In this document: in pieces, positions 1 through 14,665 of the stretch | Numbering within the stretch: the stretch's first letter is position 1 | Layout of the letters: each line of letters begins with the position of its first letter | NCBI GenBank assembly: GCA_951406725.2 | Contig: OX597822.1 | Coordinates: 17,980,001 to 18,044,000, forward strand | Length of the DNA stretch: 64,000 nt | DNA from: Octopus vulgaris | Lineage: Eukaryota | Direction of reading: 5' to 3' | Made by a program: the position numbers and the translations under genes | Notes under the pieces: model-generated | The model's database searches: none | The model's input: the letters and a program-made list of their open reading frames with translations, nothing else | What the model was told of the DNA's origin: nothing

Positions 1-659
1 TACATAGATTTCAACTGACTTTATTGACCGATTCTATCTACTTTCTTCAACTCTCAAGCTAGATTGATGATAGAATGCTGGCTTCATACTTAGGACAGCA
101 GTGTGCAGTGTTCTATCGATCAAGGTTGGTTGTGGGGGAAAGATTGTCATCTGAAAACAAATTGAAAAATAAGCAAACAGACAGTACATTGGATTATGTT
201 GGTTCCTGGAGGATGTAACTGTCTGTGTTCTTGTGATTGAATTAAAGGAGAATAGGGATTTCACAGAGAATTATTTGCTGATTCTAGTTCAACCCAAATG
301 CCAAAGACTGAAAAGTATGGTTAATTACTGAAACATTATGTTCTATTTCAATCAGTGCTTGAAGATGAATGCAACTCTTTGAAATCCTCTGTAGAATTTA
401 ACAGAAGTCTTCTCTTCGATATCTTCTCTGAAATAAGTAGAAAATAAGGAATTGTTTCAAAGACAAATTAATCCTAGGAATATTGACAAGTGGAGGTGGA
501 GGGAGTAGGAGATGCTTTCCTGAAGCTTTTAGTAAAACTAATGTGAATGAAACAATTCCAGCCGGGAACTGAAACTAAACTTGGGACAAAGTTTAATATA
601 ATTTATGATAATATATAATATTACATGCAGCTCTTTACTGTAGCTTATACGTCAGAGTA

Positions 660-793
660 ATGCACAGTTTATTGTAACACACTCTTTACTGAATCACAGT
701 TTCGAGTAACACAGAATCCTATCATGCATATTTCAATGTAACAAATAGTTTACTGTAACACAGTTTGCTGTAACACATAGGCCACTGTAACAC
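660..793. repeat. Degenerate ~15-bp minisatellite (cacagtttactgtaa-like)
   Basis: Recurring units such as cacagttttattgtaa, cacagtttcgagtaa, atagtttactgtaa, cacagtttgctgtaa. Confidence 0.55.
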
Positions 794-2293
794 CTCATCC
801 AATATAACCTGGTATTCTGATTGAAACCAGGGACCAGCAGAGACCCCTACCAACATTGGGCAACACCTGCAGTGTATTTATTTTATGAAGGAAGAAAGCA
901 AACATTCTTCAAAATGTGAAGCTTTCTATTTACAGAATGTGAAATGGTGGAGTCTGTATTTGTCAGTTTGAATGGTATGGCTGCTTGGGTAATAAGGCTG
1001 CTTTGTAATCTTAGGCTTGGGTTCAGTACCACTGCATAGTACCTTGGGCAGTGGTCATCTTTTGTATCCTCAGATTGACCTTGGGTCAACACATGTCTGT
1101 TAAACTTCGTTTTCATCAATGGTTCAGTGTAGACTTTTGACTTGACTTGACTTGAGACAGCATTCACCCGGGGTGGGTTGTGCTGGCTTCATTCATCCTC
1201 AGTGCTGCATCTCTCACAAACGCCAACCAGGCCTGGTTATTTGAGGCTAACGTTAGCAGTTGGTCGGTCAGTGTAGAGTGACCAAATGGTCAACAAGTTT
1301 GCTTTGCCACCATCAAGTTCTCAGTTTGATCTCACGACAACTTGGGCAAATGATGATTAAGTGATGCTGCCATATGGCATCTACTACAATCTCTTCTGTA
1401 TATCCTAATTGCTATCATCATCACTTTAACAGCCTTTTTCTATGCTTATATGATCAGATAGTATTTGTTGAGGTAGATTTTCTATGGCTGGATGCCCTTA
1501 ATGATGTCAACCCTCACCTGTTTCAAAGCAAGATAATATTCCCCCATCCACCCACCCACCAGACTCGGTCTTCATGAAAGAATGGAAAGAAACAATTGTG
1601 CTTGTGTGATGGTGATGCTCATTTACAACCCTCGCACGGTGTCTAGACAAGAGTACACACACACATACACACACAAACACACACACATGCACATTTCTAT
1701 GTATATGCACGTGTGTGTATGCATGTGCATGTCCAACCCGTTGATGATTATGATGTGTTTTTTTAATTTCCCATTTATCAAACCCACTTATAAGTTTTTG
1801 GTTGGCCAGGGCTATAGTAGAAGACACTTGCCCAAGGTTCTATGCAAGAGGACTGAAATAAAGATCACTTGATAAGGAAGCAAGCTTCTTAACCATTAGA
1901 TATCAAAAGATATCTAATGGTCAGTGAAAGTAAAACTTCTGTGAGTTGATTTTGATAATTCTGGCAGTAGCACTTTGAGTTTATGAAGGCACTCCTATGG
2001 AATTGTTGAGCTTGCTAGGAATATTAACCAAAGGTGTTCCTCAGATCCTTCATTGCCACATGAATATGAATAAGAAACTCTTTTGGTAATGTTGTCTTCG
2101 ATATAGAAAGTCTGGAATAAAAGCTGGAAGATTCCTGACCAGAATGTTTCCGGTTGTGTTTCTGTTTCGTCAGAGCTAAAAGATAAACAACTTAAAAATG
2201 CAAGATCTAGAGCAGTAGAAATTGGTGCATCTATATCTGAATTTGTCTGTCTGTTTGTCTATACATACATACATACATACATACATACATACA

Positions 2294-2327
<34 letters not shown>

Positions 2328-2568
2328 AATAAATAAAAGCAGAAGTGCTAGTTCTAAAATCCTAGGAATAGTTGTACTGATCTGGTCCCGTCGCTAGGGG
2401 ATGGTAGGGGTCCGCCCCCACTGCTCGCAATTTTATCGGCTGCAGCTGTGCATCATTAACCAGCAAGAGGAGAGGTCCTCTCGGGGTTAAAAAAATTGCA
2501 GTAGAGTCTGCTCATACAGAAAGCCATGTTAAAGTGGCTACAAATATTACTTATATATACAAATATCT

Positions 2569-2881
2569 GTGGAGGCACAATGGCCCAGTGGTTAGGGCAG
2601 CGGATTCGTGGTTGTAGAATCGCAGTTTCGATTCTCAGACCGGGTATTGTGAGAGTTTAGAGAGCGAAAACACCTAAAAGCACCACGAGGCTCCGGCAGG
2701 GAGTGGTGGCGATCCCTACTGTAATCGTTCGCCACAACTTTCTCTCACTCTTTCTTCTGTTTGGCCTGCTCACTTAGCCAGCAGAGTGGTGTCATTTGAA
2801 GGCTAAAACAATGTGAAGCACATTGTGACCAGCAATGTGTAGCAACATTTGATAGCCTGGTCGGTCACGTGATCACATGAT
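2569..2881 (+). mobile_element. tRNA-derived SINE
   Basis: Box A-like tggcccagtgg, box B-like gtttcgattc, body, tail ending (cacgtgat)-like; the 3' tail is partly duplicated at ~2893-2965. Confidence 0.75.
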
Positions 2882-4726
2882 GTATATATATCTAATGTGA
2901 AGTGCATTGTGACTAGTGACGTATAACAATATCTCGTAGTCTGGTTGATCACATGATCATGTGATATAAATATTGATACAGGTATAGGTATATCTTGTAA
3001 TCATTTAGACCTTGAAAAAATCCCCTTTGATGTTATTGCAGGCTCTCTGGCTATTTTATCTCTCCTCCAGTTTTAGCATGTTATATCTCAATGTACTTTA
3101 TGATTTTACATTGGCTGCTTAGCACACATCTGTTCTGCTACATCTATATCAATGACTGTTTTGCAAAGTTACAATATATTTTCAGCTCTAATGACAGAAT
3201 TCAATGTGTTGAATATTCATAGAAACCTTTAATGTGTAAGAAAAAATATTGTTAAAACATTGACCACAAACAATAATGCTATATATCACAGCTAAAATGT
3301 AGGGAAAAAAGTTCATTACAATACTAGCAAATCATTTCGAAAACATTGAATTCTCACTAACATTTCTGCCACCATTTTATGTAAAAGATACCTCACATGT
3401 GGCAGCAACTTTGCATCTATAAAGTGGCATTTATTTACTTTTTCTTTGGTGATCAAAGCTATCTGCAGTGTATAGAAGTTTTATCATTGATTTTGAATAC
3501 CAAGTTTGTGTCATTCTCGCAAGCAGATAAAGTATCATTTTTAGTAGGAGTTTTCTGTCATTGATAACTCTATTCTGGCTATTTTTTTTTCTCTCTCTCA
3601 AAGAACTACGATGAAATCTTTCTACGATATCCATATTTGTTTGGTTTTTGGATTTATTTTAGTTTTTCTGTCACTATGTTTGAAGTTAGTGTAGTAAACA
3701 TCTTCTGTTGTATAAACTTCAGTCGAAGGAATTTCGTTCGATACATAAGAAGTATTGTTACATTTACTAGAATGAATTTCATTCGGTATGGTTTCTGGTT
3801 GTGCAGTCCAAAAGTGAAATGAAATGAAAATAAATATTATGTCTTCATATACGAGGCTAAGTTGATCAAAGTTTTATTTTATTTTATTTTCTTGAAATTT
3901 TTGTTCAGTTTTCTTTCTTGATGTTTCTCTCTCTCTCTAAAAGAGGTAATTTATATCTTATATCATTGTTTCTTGATTCATAATAGAAATTATAGCTTCA
4001 TTTTAACAATTGATACAACCATATCAAAGTATATAAAGTGAATTATTTTCAAGAAAATTCACTTCTTTCAGTTGCAATATAAAGCAACAAAACTCGCATT
4101 GATTCCTCATATAACAAAGAAGTTATCCTCACATTTAACAGAATGTGAACTTCACTTAAAATATATGGGATTTTAGAAAATATTCTATATATTTTTGTTT
4201 TCGGAATCAGGTATCAATATCTCAGCTTTTGGAAAAGTTTTCAAGCTGAATAAAATTTTCGAGAAAAGGTTTTAATTTTTAATTTTTATTCTTTTTTTAA
4301 ATAGTTAATGTAGGATTTATTGATTTGCATTTGATATTTCCATTAAATATTCACCACAAATTACTACAAAGAAACATTGCATAAATATTGTGGGGCTGAA
4401 ACATTTGAATAGAACGGTATTTTACAATACAGATTATTACATGTTTATATATGCTTGATCATACATTTTTTTGTGTTTTATTTATTTATCTTTTTTTTCC
4501 TGAAACATTTCAACTCAGGTGTGGTTGAGTGGGGCTAGGGCTTTTAGTTTGCAGCTGCTTGACACCTTGAGCAAGTGTCTCTTATTACACCCTTGGGGTT
4601 GATCAATGTTCTGTGAATGACTAAATTTGGTTGTTTGGCTGACTGGAAACTGTGTAAAAATGCTTGTCATATATGTGTGTGTGTGTATGTGTATGTATAC
4701 ATACACATATGCATATATATATGTAT

Positions 4727-4760
<34 letters not shown>

Positions 4761-5825
4761 TCATCAACATCCTTTTGTCCATGTTGGCATGGTTTGGATG
4801 GTTTGAGTGGAACAGACAAGCCAGAAGACCTCCACCAGGTTCTATGTCTATTTTGGCATGGGTTGTATGGCTGGATGCCCTTCCTGGCACCAACCACTTT
4901 ACTGAGTGTACTGGCTGCTTTTTATGTTTTGAAGGTCTTTGTCTTGTCAGCTGTTTGGTGACATCCAGAGCATTGGTGGCATATAAAAGGCATCCAGTGC
5001 ATTAGAAAGAGCATCAAAGAAAATTCCTTGTGGTATTCCTTCCATTTCAGTTTCACCAATGACGATCTGACAAGGCTAGAAATAGTCATATGGAAGCTTT
5101 TTGTTTCAGCCCTCTCCCTAAAAGCTAAACCCTCTTGCTACAAATACTTTATTTACTCTCATGGGGAAGTGAAAATTGTATGTCTCTTAAAGAGATGTAT
5201 ACTTTATATTTCAAAATATTTGGAAATGCTGTGTAGTGGATTATGAGCCTGTGAATTAATTAATAAATAAACAAATAAGCTGATCATCATCATCATGAAA
5301 GACAACTAAGTTTAATAAAAAAATTCTTTTGTCATGCTCAGCATTTTTTTTTTTTTTGCATGTATAATAAACTTCAAAATGATTTCAGAGAATCATTTGG
5401 TTTTCAGAATTAAATTTCAAATATAAAATTTTGTAAAATCTCTCATATACATTATTATGTTAGTAACAAAGAAGTTAAAACAATATAAAAAAAAGTTGAC
5501 GCAGGAGTCTATTCAATTTATTAATTACATTTTCCATTTTTACTAAAAATCAAGAATGATGATGATTAGACAAACATTGACAAAATTAATTATATATTCC
5601 ACTAACAGCATATGTACGCATAAATGTATGTACGTATGCATGCATGTATATATATGTAGATGTTTCCATATAAGACTATATCACATGTGTGCGTTTGCAT
5701 GTGTATATATATGAGTAAAACTGTGTCCAGTGCATATGTGCGACTTTCATGCACGTGTCTCTTTTTTTATATGGATATGCATATGTTTGTATATATGCAG
5801 GAGTGTGAATGTATGTCTGTGTCAC

Positions 5826-6022
5826 CATGATTGATCGTTAGCCACAACACACATTTTTTTCACTCCTTGTTTCTCTCCTTGTTTTTTCTGTGTCCCTTTC
5901 TGTAGAAGAGCATAGGCTCGAAACGTAAAAGACTTTTTCTATTCCTGAGCGTTATACTAATACATCTGTTTGTTTTGTACATCCCCTGTCTTCGTCTTTT
6001 GTTTTTTTCGTAAACTCTCCCT
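5826..6022 (+). mobile_element. Short interspersed repeat (probable Penelope-like 3' end) with hammerhead-like motif, copy 1
   Basis: Clearly homologous to 11731-11935; contains CTGTAGAA-GAGC-atag-GCTC-GAAAC-GTA; ends at an (AT)/(AC)-type microsatellite. Confidence 0.6.
5892..5933 (+). ncRNA. Minimal type-I hammerhead ribozyme-like motif (A6 variant)
   Basis: Stem I ttt/aaa (plus gtc/gac), core CTGTAGA-A, stem II GAGC/GCTC, GAAAC-GT-A with palindromic ACGT stem III. Confidence 0.45.
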
Positions 6023-6044
6023 ATACATATATACATAAATCAAA

Positions 6045-6435
6045 ATCAAAATCGAAATCGATCTACATCAATGGAAATTGTAGTTGTGATACCAGTGCCG
6101 GTGGCACGTAAGAGAACCATCTGAACATGGCTGTTGCCAGCGCCGCCCCAACTGGCCTCCGTGCCGGTGGCACGTAAAAAGCACCATCCGATTGTGGCCA
6201 TTACCAGCCTCGTCTGGCCTCCGTGCTAGTGGCACGTAAAAAGCACCATCCGATCTTAGCTGTTTGCCAGCCTTGTCTGGCACCTGTGCTGGTGGCACGT
6301 AAAAAGCACCCACTACACTCACGGAGTGGTTGGCGTTAGGAAGGTCATCCAGCTGTAGAAACATTGCCAGATCAGACCCTAGTTGAACCGTCCAACCCAT
6401 GCTAGCATGGAAAGCAGATGTTAAACGATGATGAT
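6045..6435 (+). mobile_element. Abundant SINE/RTE-related repeat with internal ~60-bp tandem units
   Basis: Repeated ggtggcacgtaaaaagcaccatcc units, then ggttggcgttaggaagg, then the ccatgctagcatgg stem-loop and (gat)n tail; homologous to 37100-37550 and 53990-54522. Confidence 0.75.
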
Positions 6436-6533
6436 ATATTTATATATATATATATATAAATATCTAAATATGTATTATGTTACGTGTATGCATGTAAGCA
6501 CCTATGTGTATATGAGGATGAGGTTGTGTACAC

Positions 6534-6590
<57 letters not shown>

Positions 6591-9500
6591 GATATATGTG
6601 TATGTATGAGTACGTACATACATATATGTTTGTGTGTGCATGTACATATACATGTTTGTGTGTGTACATATATAGATGTTGTGAATGCAGGAGGTTTATG
6701 TCTATGTGCTGTGAGAATATGGTTGTGTGTATTTTTTATCTTTTTTCTTTTTCTACCTATTAGAGTAACTTCCCTTTTATTCAATGGTTTTCCATAGCAT
6801 CTATTGCCATTGATAGCTGACGAGAATGTATTGTAGTTCTTCACTCCAACATTCAAAACTCTGAGTCCGATAATGATAGCCTTTTACTGTTTGTTCTAAT
6901 TTATAACATATATAAATAATCCTCTTCTTATCTGATATCGCGGTCTTATTTTTTGTTGTTAATTTTTATTACTATTACTATTATTATTATTATTATTAAA
7001 TGTATTGTCCTGCTTTGAAGATTATTTGAGTTTAAAACCCAATGGTTTATCAAGGCTTAGACCCAGTTGATCCAGTATACGAAAATACAACCATCGGTGG
7101 ATTGCTTATTTAGATTTCTATACTCAATCCTCAGCCCATTTCTGTCTTCTATGCTTTGGGATATTTGCTCTCAGTGACCTCTGAGAACTGATAGATTCAT
7201 ATCTTCTGCAGTGTGATCAGTGCCATTTTGGGGTATCCAAAGTATGGAGTCACTCAACCCTTTTCTCCTTACTCCTCCAGAAGTGTCCAACTTGACTGCC
7301 CCTTCTTTCTCTCTTGTTTTCTGGTAGTTTTGTTTATTCACTGATGTATACCAGTATAAGATACACTCATGCACACACACACACACACAGACACATGCAC
7401 ACACACACAGATGCATCTTCTTTTCATGCTGGCTTGGGTTGGATGTGTCATTGCTACACATCTAGATGGGTTGAGGGACCACATCTTGCTCCTAAGTTTG
7501 ATTTCAATTTTGGCATGGTTCGATGACTAGAAGCCCTCCCTAACACCAAGTGTACAGAATATACTTCTTCTTGAGACCACCACTTGAGAGATTGTCCTGG
7601 TGACAAGACTCAAGGATCTTTCCAACCAGAAGCTTAACAGAGTTTGCTTGGTACACCTTATTGTGATACCAGCACAAGAGACATTAGATTTGAGCGGCTA
7701 GCAGAAAACAAATGGTTAAAGTGAATGGGTAATGTTGATGCCAAATGGTCAGAGCTGGGAGTATATGTAGAATGTGTGGGGTACACGCAGGACTTTAGGT
7801 ATGTACCTCAAGAGAGCCAGGGTGCACAAGATAAGAGAGGGGATAGTGTGTGTGTGATCATCATCATCATTGTTTGACGTTTGTTTTCCATGCTGGCATG
7901 GGTTGGATGGTTTGACAGGTAACTGGCCAGCTGGAGTATCTGTCCCAACTCCAATTGTCTGTTGTGCCATGGTTTCTACAGCTGGATACCCTTCCTAATG
8001 CCAACCATCCCACAGAGTGGGCTGAGTGCATTATACATGTCACTGGCACAGTTGTATCTGCACAGCACTGGCATGAGTGCATGCACATACAATGGGCTTC
8101 CTCATAGCTTTCCACTCAGAATCTATTGGTCATCTGAAGATAAACTTGAAGACACTAGCTCAAGATGTCAGGAATTAGGGTTAAAATTGAAACACCATTT
8201 CTTATAATGTATGCCTTAGCTGCTCAGTCATACCCATACCTTCACCATACCCATACACTTGGTGTGAATGGTGTACTTGAGCAATTCTGTTTAGGAATTT
8301 ACTTTCTGAATACAGTAATGCTTGTGAAAAATTCTTCAACTTGATGCAATGGCAAGAAAAGCTAAAACCAAAGAAATATAACCTTAATCATGTGAATTTG
8401 TGAAGAAGTCTTTGATTAAAAGAGAACCATTCAGATTTGTGTCTTCCTTCAATGTTTTTTACTTGCATGATCTGAATACAAAAAGCCGAAACTGGGGGGG
8501 GGGGGGCGTTCTTCCAAAGAATCTCTGGAATAACATTATTCAACAGAGTGCACAGTTTGGAGATGAGGGAACCTCACCAGGTGGAGCTGCTGTTTTTCCA
8601 TATCAAGAGGTCATAATAGTTGTACTGTGGAAATTTGATTAGAATGTTCTAGGAAAGGATTATAAAATGGAAACTGAGCCAGATGGCACCAGACCAAGAA
8701 CAAGATGGCTGATAATATCCATAGTCTCAGCTATTATAAGATAAAAATAATGCATGACTTATAAATTAATTATAGGCTGCAAAGATGTGGCTGTGTAGTT
8801 AAGAGGTTTGCTTTCCAACCACATGCTTACAGGTTCAGTCCCTTTGCATGGTACCTTAGGCAAGAATCTCCCTTGTCTGAACATAATGCAATGGTTAGAA
8901 ATGAACATTACTCACATACAAGCACTCTTTTTTGGTAAACCTGTTCGGCCAAGGAGAAGAACTACTTTACTTGAGAATAGGTGAAGGTTGTTGATTGGAA
9001 AACCATGTGGCTGTAGAAAGTCTGCCTCCATAAATTTCATCTGAGCCATACAATCATGGAAAAGCCTGGGGGTGGGGGATGATGATGATGATGATGTGTT
9101 TGTGTTTGTGTTTCCCATCACATGACAGTTGTAAATGAATGTCGTTCCCATAGCAGCATCATTCATTTTCAATAAACTGCAAGATAAGGTCCGGCTGTAG
9201 AAAATCTGCCTCGACAAACTCTGTCTCACTGATGTGAGCATTGAAAAGTGAACCTGACAATGAGGATGGAGATGTCACCAATGATTCACATTCAAGATGC
9301 TTTGTATAAGCTCCCTAAAGCTATAGGGTTGTGAAACAAACTTCTTAAACATGTTGCTGTACCTGCATGAATAATACCATGAAGAACAACATTACTTTTC
9401 CTCAAGTTATGACACATTAAATAATAGCCGTCTGCCTATCACACTTAATGCTGATATATATCGTTAGTTAATTAGACAAACTAATTGTGGTATTCACCAC

Positions 9501-11501
9501 TGTTGAATGATTTTTTTTTTGTTACTGATAAATATTTGTGGTTTTAAAACACCATAAGAGATTATCTGCTGATGAATGCTGCACTTAATTGGTGTATTTT
9601 TGATGTATCTACATTGAGTATGTTAAACAGATGGCTATTGTAATCTAATACTACTTCTGTTGCATATAACAGATATTAAATAATGCGAACTGCTAAATCT
9701 TCTGTTTAGTATATCAGGTCCCTATTGAATTACCAAGCTGCTTCTGTATTGTCCCATTAGTGGTTAGTTACAAACATTAGCAGAGGAACAATGTGACCAT
9801 TCACAGCTTTGTTTGTAAAGAAAATGTTAATATAATTCTATGCCATAATAAATTAGTCTCTTTTCAAAAAAGAAAACTTGCGTCCATTTTCAGTGTTTAT
9901 TCACTCAACTAATTTGTCTTTCTGCTATGCATCGGCCATTGATTTGAGGTAACCCTTAATCCTATCAGATGGAAATACTTAAAAGAAATATTTTTCACTG
10001 CATTTACAAAGTTCCATTTTAGAAATTTTCTTTTTTCATTTTCTTATCCATGCAAATTAGTGTTAAATGGCGTTTGGTCCACTAAAGATTTTTAAAGTTT
10101 AATTCAACTACATTACATCTTGTTAATGTTTATTTTATGTAAATCAGTTGGAACATTAGTCCTAACCAATTTACTCTTGTAACCATCTGTATTAGTTACA
10201 CTCACTGATTGAAATTCTTGCCGAGTTATTCAAATTTGAAACAACTCTAATTATCAGATATACTGAGAATGCATTTTAAGCGTGGAACTCAGCAGCATTT
10301 TGTCAATTGTCTTCTTATGGAAATTAATATCTATTCACTGCCAAATTCACATGTTTCATTTGAGAGACTGCTTTTTGGAAAAAAAAAATCAATAAAAAGT
10401 AAAATAAAATAAAATATATTTATACATATTCCCATTAGTTTGTCTCCCTATTAGAAGAAAAAGGCAAAATTTTCTTTCTCCCCATTTCTCTCTCATCTCT
10501 CCTCATCTCTTTCTCTCTCTGTGTCTCTCTGTTACCTCTCTTTTCTCTCATTTCTCTCCCTCTCCCTTTCCATCTCTCTCTCTTTCTCCCCTCTTTTGTG
10601 CATTCCATGTGTCCCTTGTGTATTTTATTTCTTGAATTTGTGGATTTGCACCAAATTGTGTGAACATGTTTAAGATGACTTACACTCTTCTAGTTTAATG
10701 TTGTCTCTTGTCCACGTTTGTGTTTTGTAGCAGAAGAGACTAATTTTGTAGGCTACAACTACAAAACTGCAGACATCTTCTTAACTAATACTACACTCAG
10801 ATCAGATATAGCTAGATCCCAATTTCCCTGTAAGGGTTCAAAAAACTATTCTAAGGGATCAGCTGTTTGTATTTTGATGAGCTCTAATGTTGTGTTATTC
10901 AAACAACTCAAGATTATAAATTAGATAATGGAAATAACTCAAATGGTGGACATTTAAATAATTAGGTTAAAGAGTGATGTCCTGAATTGTAATTATTAAT
11001 GATGCTGAAAAAAAAATGGGAGACAATTTGTTGGAGGAAGGCAAAAAATAAGGACATTCTTACCTCAGGATGAAATCGTAACAGGGTATCCAGCTTCTCA
11101 TCACAAGAATCATCAGAACACCACAGTTGTTCCCCCACGTGTACACTACCCCAACCTCTGGCCCTAAGAGGAGTCTTCTGCATGTTTGTTCCCTTCAACA
11201 TCCTGATGAAGAAAGTGGAAGTGGATGCTTCTTGATGTGACATCACTCTTCCTTCTCTGCTTCCTGTTCTGATGTCTCCCTTCATTCCTCCAAATGATTT
11301 AAAGGAATTGCTAATTAATCTTTGAAAATTAATTGACAAGTTTAGGGAAAACCTTTGCCTACTTATTTGGAAGTAAGCAATAGGAAGGGAATCTGGTCAT
11401 AGAGAATTTGCCTCAAAAATTCTGTCTGACGTATGTGTACCCATGTAAAAGTGGACATTCAAATGATTATGATGAAATAGATATATGTATATGTATACAT
11501 A

Positions 11502-11606
<105 letters not shown>

Positions 11607-11730
11607 TCTATAGATAGATGGATAGATATAGATACATACATAGGTTGGTAGATATAAGCATACATATATCTTTTATAGCATCATCACTTTACATATATAT
11701 ACATTCAAACACACACACATACATATTCAT

Positions 11731-11935
11731 CATGATTGATTGCTAGCCACTAAACCTTTTTTTTTAATTTTCTTTCTCATTTTATTTCTGTGTCCCTTTC
11801 TGGCGAAGAGCCAAGGCTCAAAACGTAAAAGACTTTCTCACTTCCCAAGTGTTAAACTAATACATCTGTTTTGTTGTTTACACATCCAACTTTGTATTTT
11901 GTTTTATTGTCTTTTTTTTTTGTAAATTCCAACTA
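11731..11935 (+). mobile_element. Short interspersed repeat with hammerhead-like motif, copy 2
   Basis: Homologous to 5826-6022; CTGGCGAA-GAGC-caag-GCTC-AAAAC-GTA at 11792-11833; runs into (TA)n. Confidence 0.6.
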
Positions 11936-12388
11936 TATATATATATATATATATATATACTTACTAACTGTCTTACATACATATGAAAATATGTGCGTGT
12001 AGCTCACAGCAATACTAAAAAAAAAAAAAAATTGACACATTACATAAGCTCAGAATGCAGACTTCAACTTTCTGTTTGGGAAAGGAAATTGCCCCTGATC
12101 CAGAGAGGGTGTTTTTGGCATTCAGCCAAGCAGCACATGAAACCATAAAACTCACAATACTGCAGAAAGCAGTGAAGTAAAAACAGACCTGTCTGAATGT
12201 CTTGGGCATCTTTAGGCATTTACATAATGCAAATGAAATGAAAAGCAATACATTGCTAATAGGAAAGGAATGGTGCAGCAAGTTGTGAAATGAAGCGACT
12301 CTTAAACAGGTTGCAGCAAATTGCTTTCTTTCTTAAAATACAGAACAGGCATTAATTGTGACAATAGTTTTCTTTCAAGATATTAGCT

Positions 12389-12595
12389 TTTCATATCCTT
12401 GGATTGGATATATAATATAACAAAGCAGGGGAGAAGGAAGTATATACATGACTATTACGCTTATACAAGACTCAACACTCCATATCAAAGGCTCACAGTG
12501 AACTTCTACCAACACAAACTGCCAATCGCTCGCAGTTCTTTAAGAGTCAGTTCACCTTTAGTCACTTGTCAGGTGGTCTGAATCCTTCCACAACA
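12389..12595 (-). repeat. 3' LTR of Gypsy element
   Basis: Direct repeat of 14666-14884; begins TG on minus strand right after the polypurine tract. Confidence 0.8.
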
Positions 12596-13089
12596 TGTCC
12601 CCTTTTTAGAATCAGTTTCCCCTATCTTCACTCCTTTTGAGAATTGAACTCCATTTCAAGTTTTAATATCTCTTATGTTTAAGGTTCAATTCCAGTGTTT
12701 CCATTCTTTTCCATTTTCTGGTGCTAGAATATATAGTTTCAAATTGTTTGGGTGTTGCTACCTAAATGTGAATAGGGATTTCATTTCTCATGACTGTTTT
12801 GTCTGTGAACTTTTCCTTAAGCTTGTTAATATGTCTTTTGTACTCAATATTTTTTCCTTTTACCAGGAATTTCATACTTCCAATTTGTTTAATTATTACA
12901 CCATCCTCCCAGCTTTCTTTACCATATCTATATCTTAAAAAAAAAATTTGTCATCTAATTTGAAGAATTTTTGTTGTTCACCTTTTTTATATTTTCACTT
13001 GGTATCAGCTTATCAAAAACAAATCTGATCATTCTAGCAAACCTCAGTTCTGTGGGTAACATTCTCCCCCCACCCATAGTGTATTCAGA

Positions 13090-14565
13090 TTAGATGTTAC
13101 TTGGCACACTCTTAGAAATTGTTGAAGTGCAAAAATCATCCATCACTTCCTTGTTTGCCTTTTTCAATGCCCTCTTGAAAAGTGTCAACAAAACACTCCA
13201 CTTGTCCATCTCACCTAGCTGATAGTGCGCAGTGGTGACATGTTCAATGGCAAACAATTTGCAAAATTTCCTGAACTCATCTGATGTAGACTGACTTCCA
13301 TCATCTGACACAATCCGAAATGCCCATCCCTAGTGAACAATTCATGTAAAAAGCTTATTGCAACTGCAGATATTGGCTTTTTTACATTTATGCACTTCCA
13401 GCCACTTTGAGAAACGATCCACCATGATAAGGTATTATGAACTCTTAAGTAAGCCTGCATAATCAATATGCAGTCTGGCCCATGGAACATCTGTTTTTGG
13501 CCATGGTTGCCATTTACTGGTGATTTTGCAGCTAAGATTCCTCCTCTGCATCATTTCACAGATTCTTCAATGTCACAGTCCATTGTTGGCCAAAATACGT
13601 AACTTCCCATTAATGATTTCATTCTCAAAATTCCTGGGTGACCAATATGAAATTCCTTAAATAATCACTTTTGTAGTGTGGCTGGCACTACGCCTCTTTG
13701 TGCAGACATCAACACATTGTCACACACTGACAAATGGTTTGCCTCTGTGTTGTTGCGCCTGTTTTTATCTCTTTTAGCCTTCAGTATTTCTTTCATTTTT
13801 TTAATAAATTTATTGTTTTTCCGATTTCAATTTAACATTCTGTAAAGACATAAACACAAATGATGTTACACAAAACACATTAATTTCATTTTCTGCACAC
13901 AAAATATCTTCAAATGATTCTGCATTTTTTGAAATCAGTCTTGATAGACAATCCTCATGACCTAATTTCTTGGATGGTTTCTTCTCCATTTGGAAATCAT
14001 AGTTTGATAATATCATAGCCCAGCATTGTAACTTGTTAGCAGCATGGGTAGGAATTCCATTATTTTTATCCAAATATTGATAATAATGGATGGTGATCAG
14101 TTTTTAGATGCAAACTTCTACCTTGTAAAAATCTGCGAAATTTCTTCATGGCAAAAATAATTGCTAAAGCTTTTTATTTTTTTTGATTTGACTATAATTC
14201 TTCTCTGCTGATATAAGAGAGCCTGAGGCATGAACCATTTCCCTCATGTTACCATCTTCATATTCATGCAGCATTACTGCTCCTATACCATTCTCATAAG
14301 TGTCTGAAGCTACAACAATCTCCGTGGCAGGATTGAAGTGTGATAATGACAAATCAGATATTAATTTTTTTTTTCTTTTGTCAAATGCCTTTTTACAATT
14401 TTCCAACCAATTCCATTTCATGTCTTTTCTCAGCAGATTATTCAGTGGAAACCTCACCTTATGCATATTTGGAATATAATTTTGGTAATAATTTGCCAGT
14501 CCTAAAAATGCTTGTAAGGTCACTATATTGGTCAGGGGTGGCATATCGACAGGCCTGATTGACAT
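13090..14565 (-). pseudogene. Gypsy pol remnant (RT C-terminus, RNase H, integrase), frameshifted
   Basis: ORF-track fragments 14164-14565, 13810-14073 and 13090-13311 carry RNase H and integrase motifs, interrupted by stops and frameshifts. Confidence 0.85.
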
Positions 14566-14665
14566 CCATTTCTGTCAATGATTTGTTAAAACAATTTTTT
14601 TCTTGGTTTCATACCAACAAAAAATTTTAACTGTCCAACGCAAGCTTCAAACTACTCGTCGCCTC

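Noticed and set aside
3431-3822. Short ORFs in AT-rich unique sequence
   Set aside because: No motifs or consistent splice structure; possibly decayed transposon
6090-6310. Repeat-spacer-like array (ggtggcacgtaaaaagcacc) resembling CRISPR
   Set aside because: Eukaryotic context, spacers are similar to each other, no cas genes, and it is part of a dispersed SINE family
10684-10758. Possible next minus-strand exon (YKISLFCYKTQTWTRDNIKLEE)
   Set aside because: Ambiguous acceptor; joins only via the alternative donor at 17251; no recognisable homology
10962-11339. 125-aa minus-strand ORF with an internal GTAAGA donor
   Set aside because: No recognisable domain and phase is incompatible with the other candidate exons
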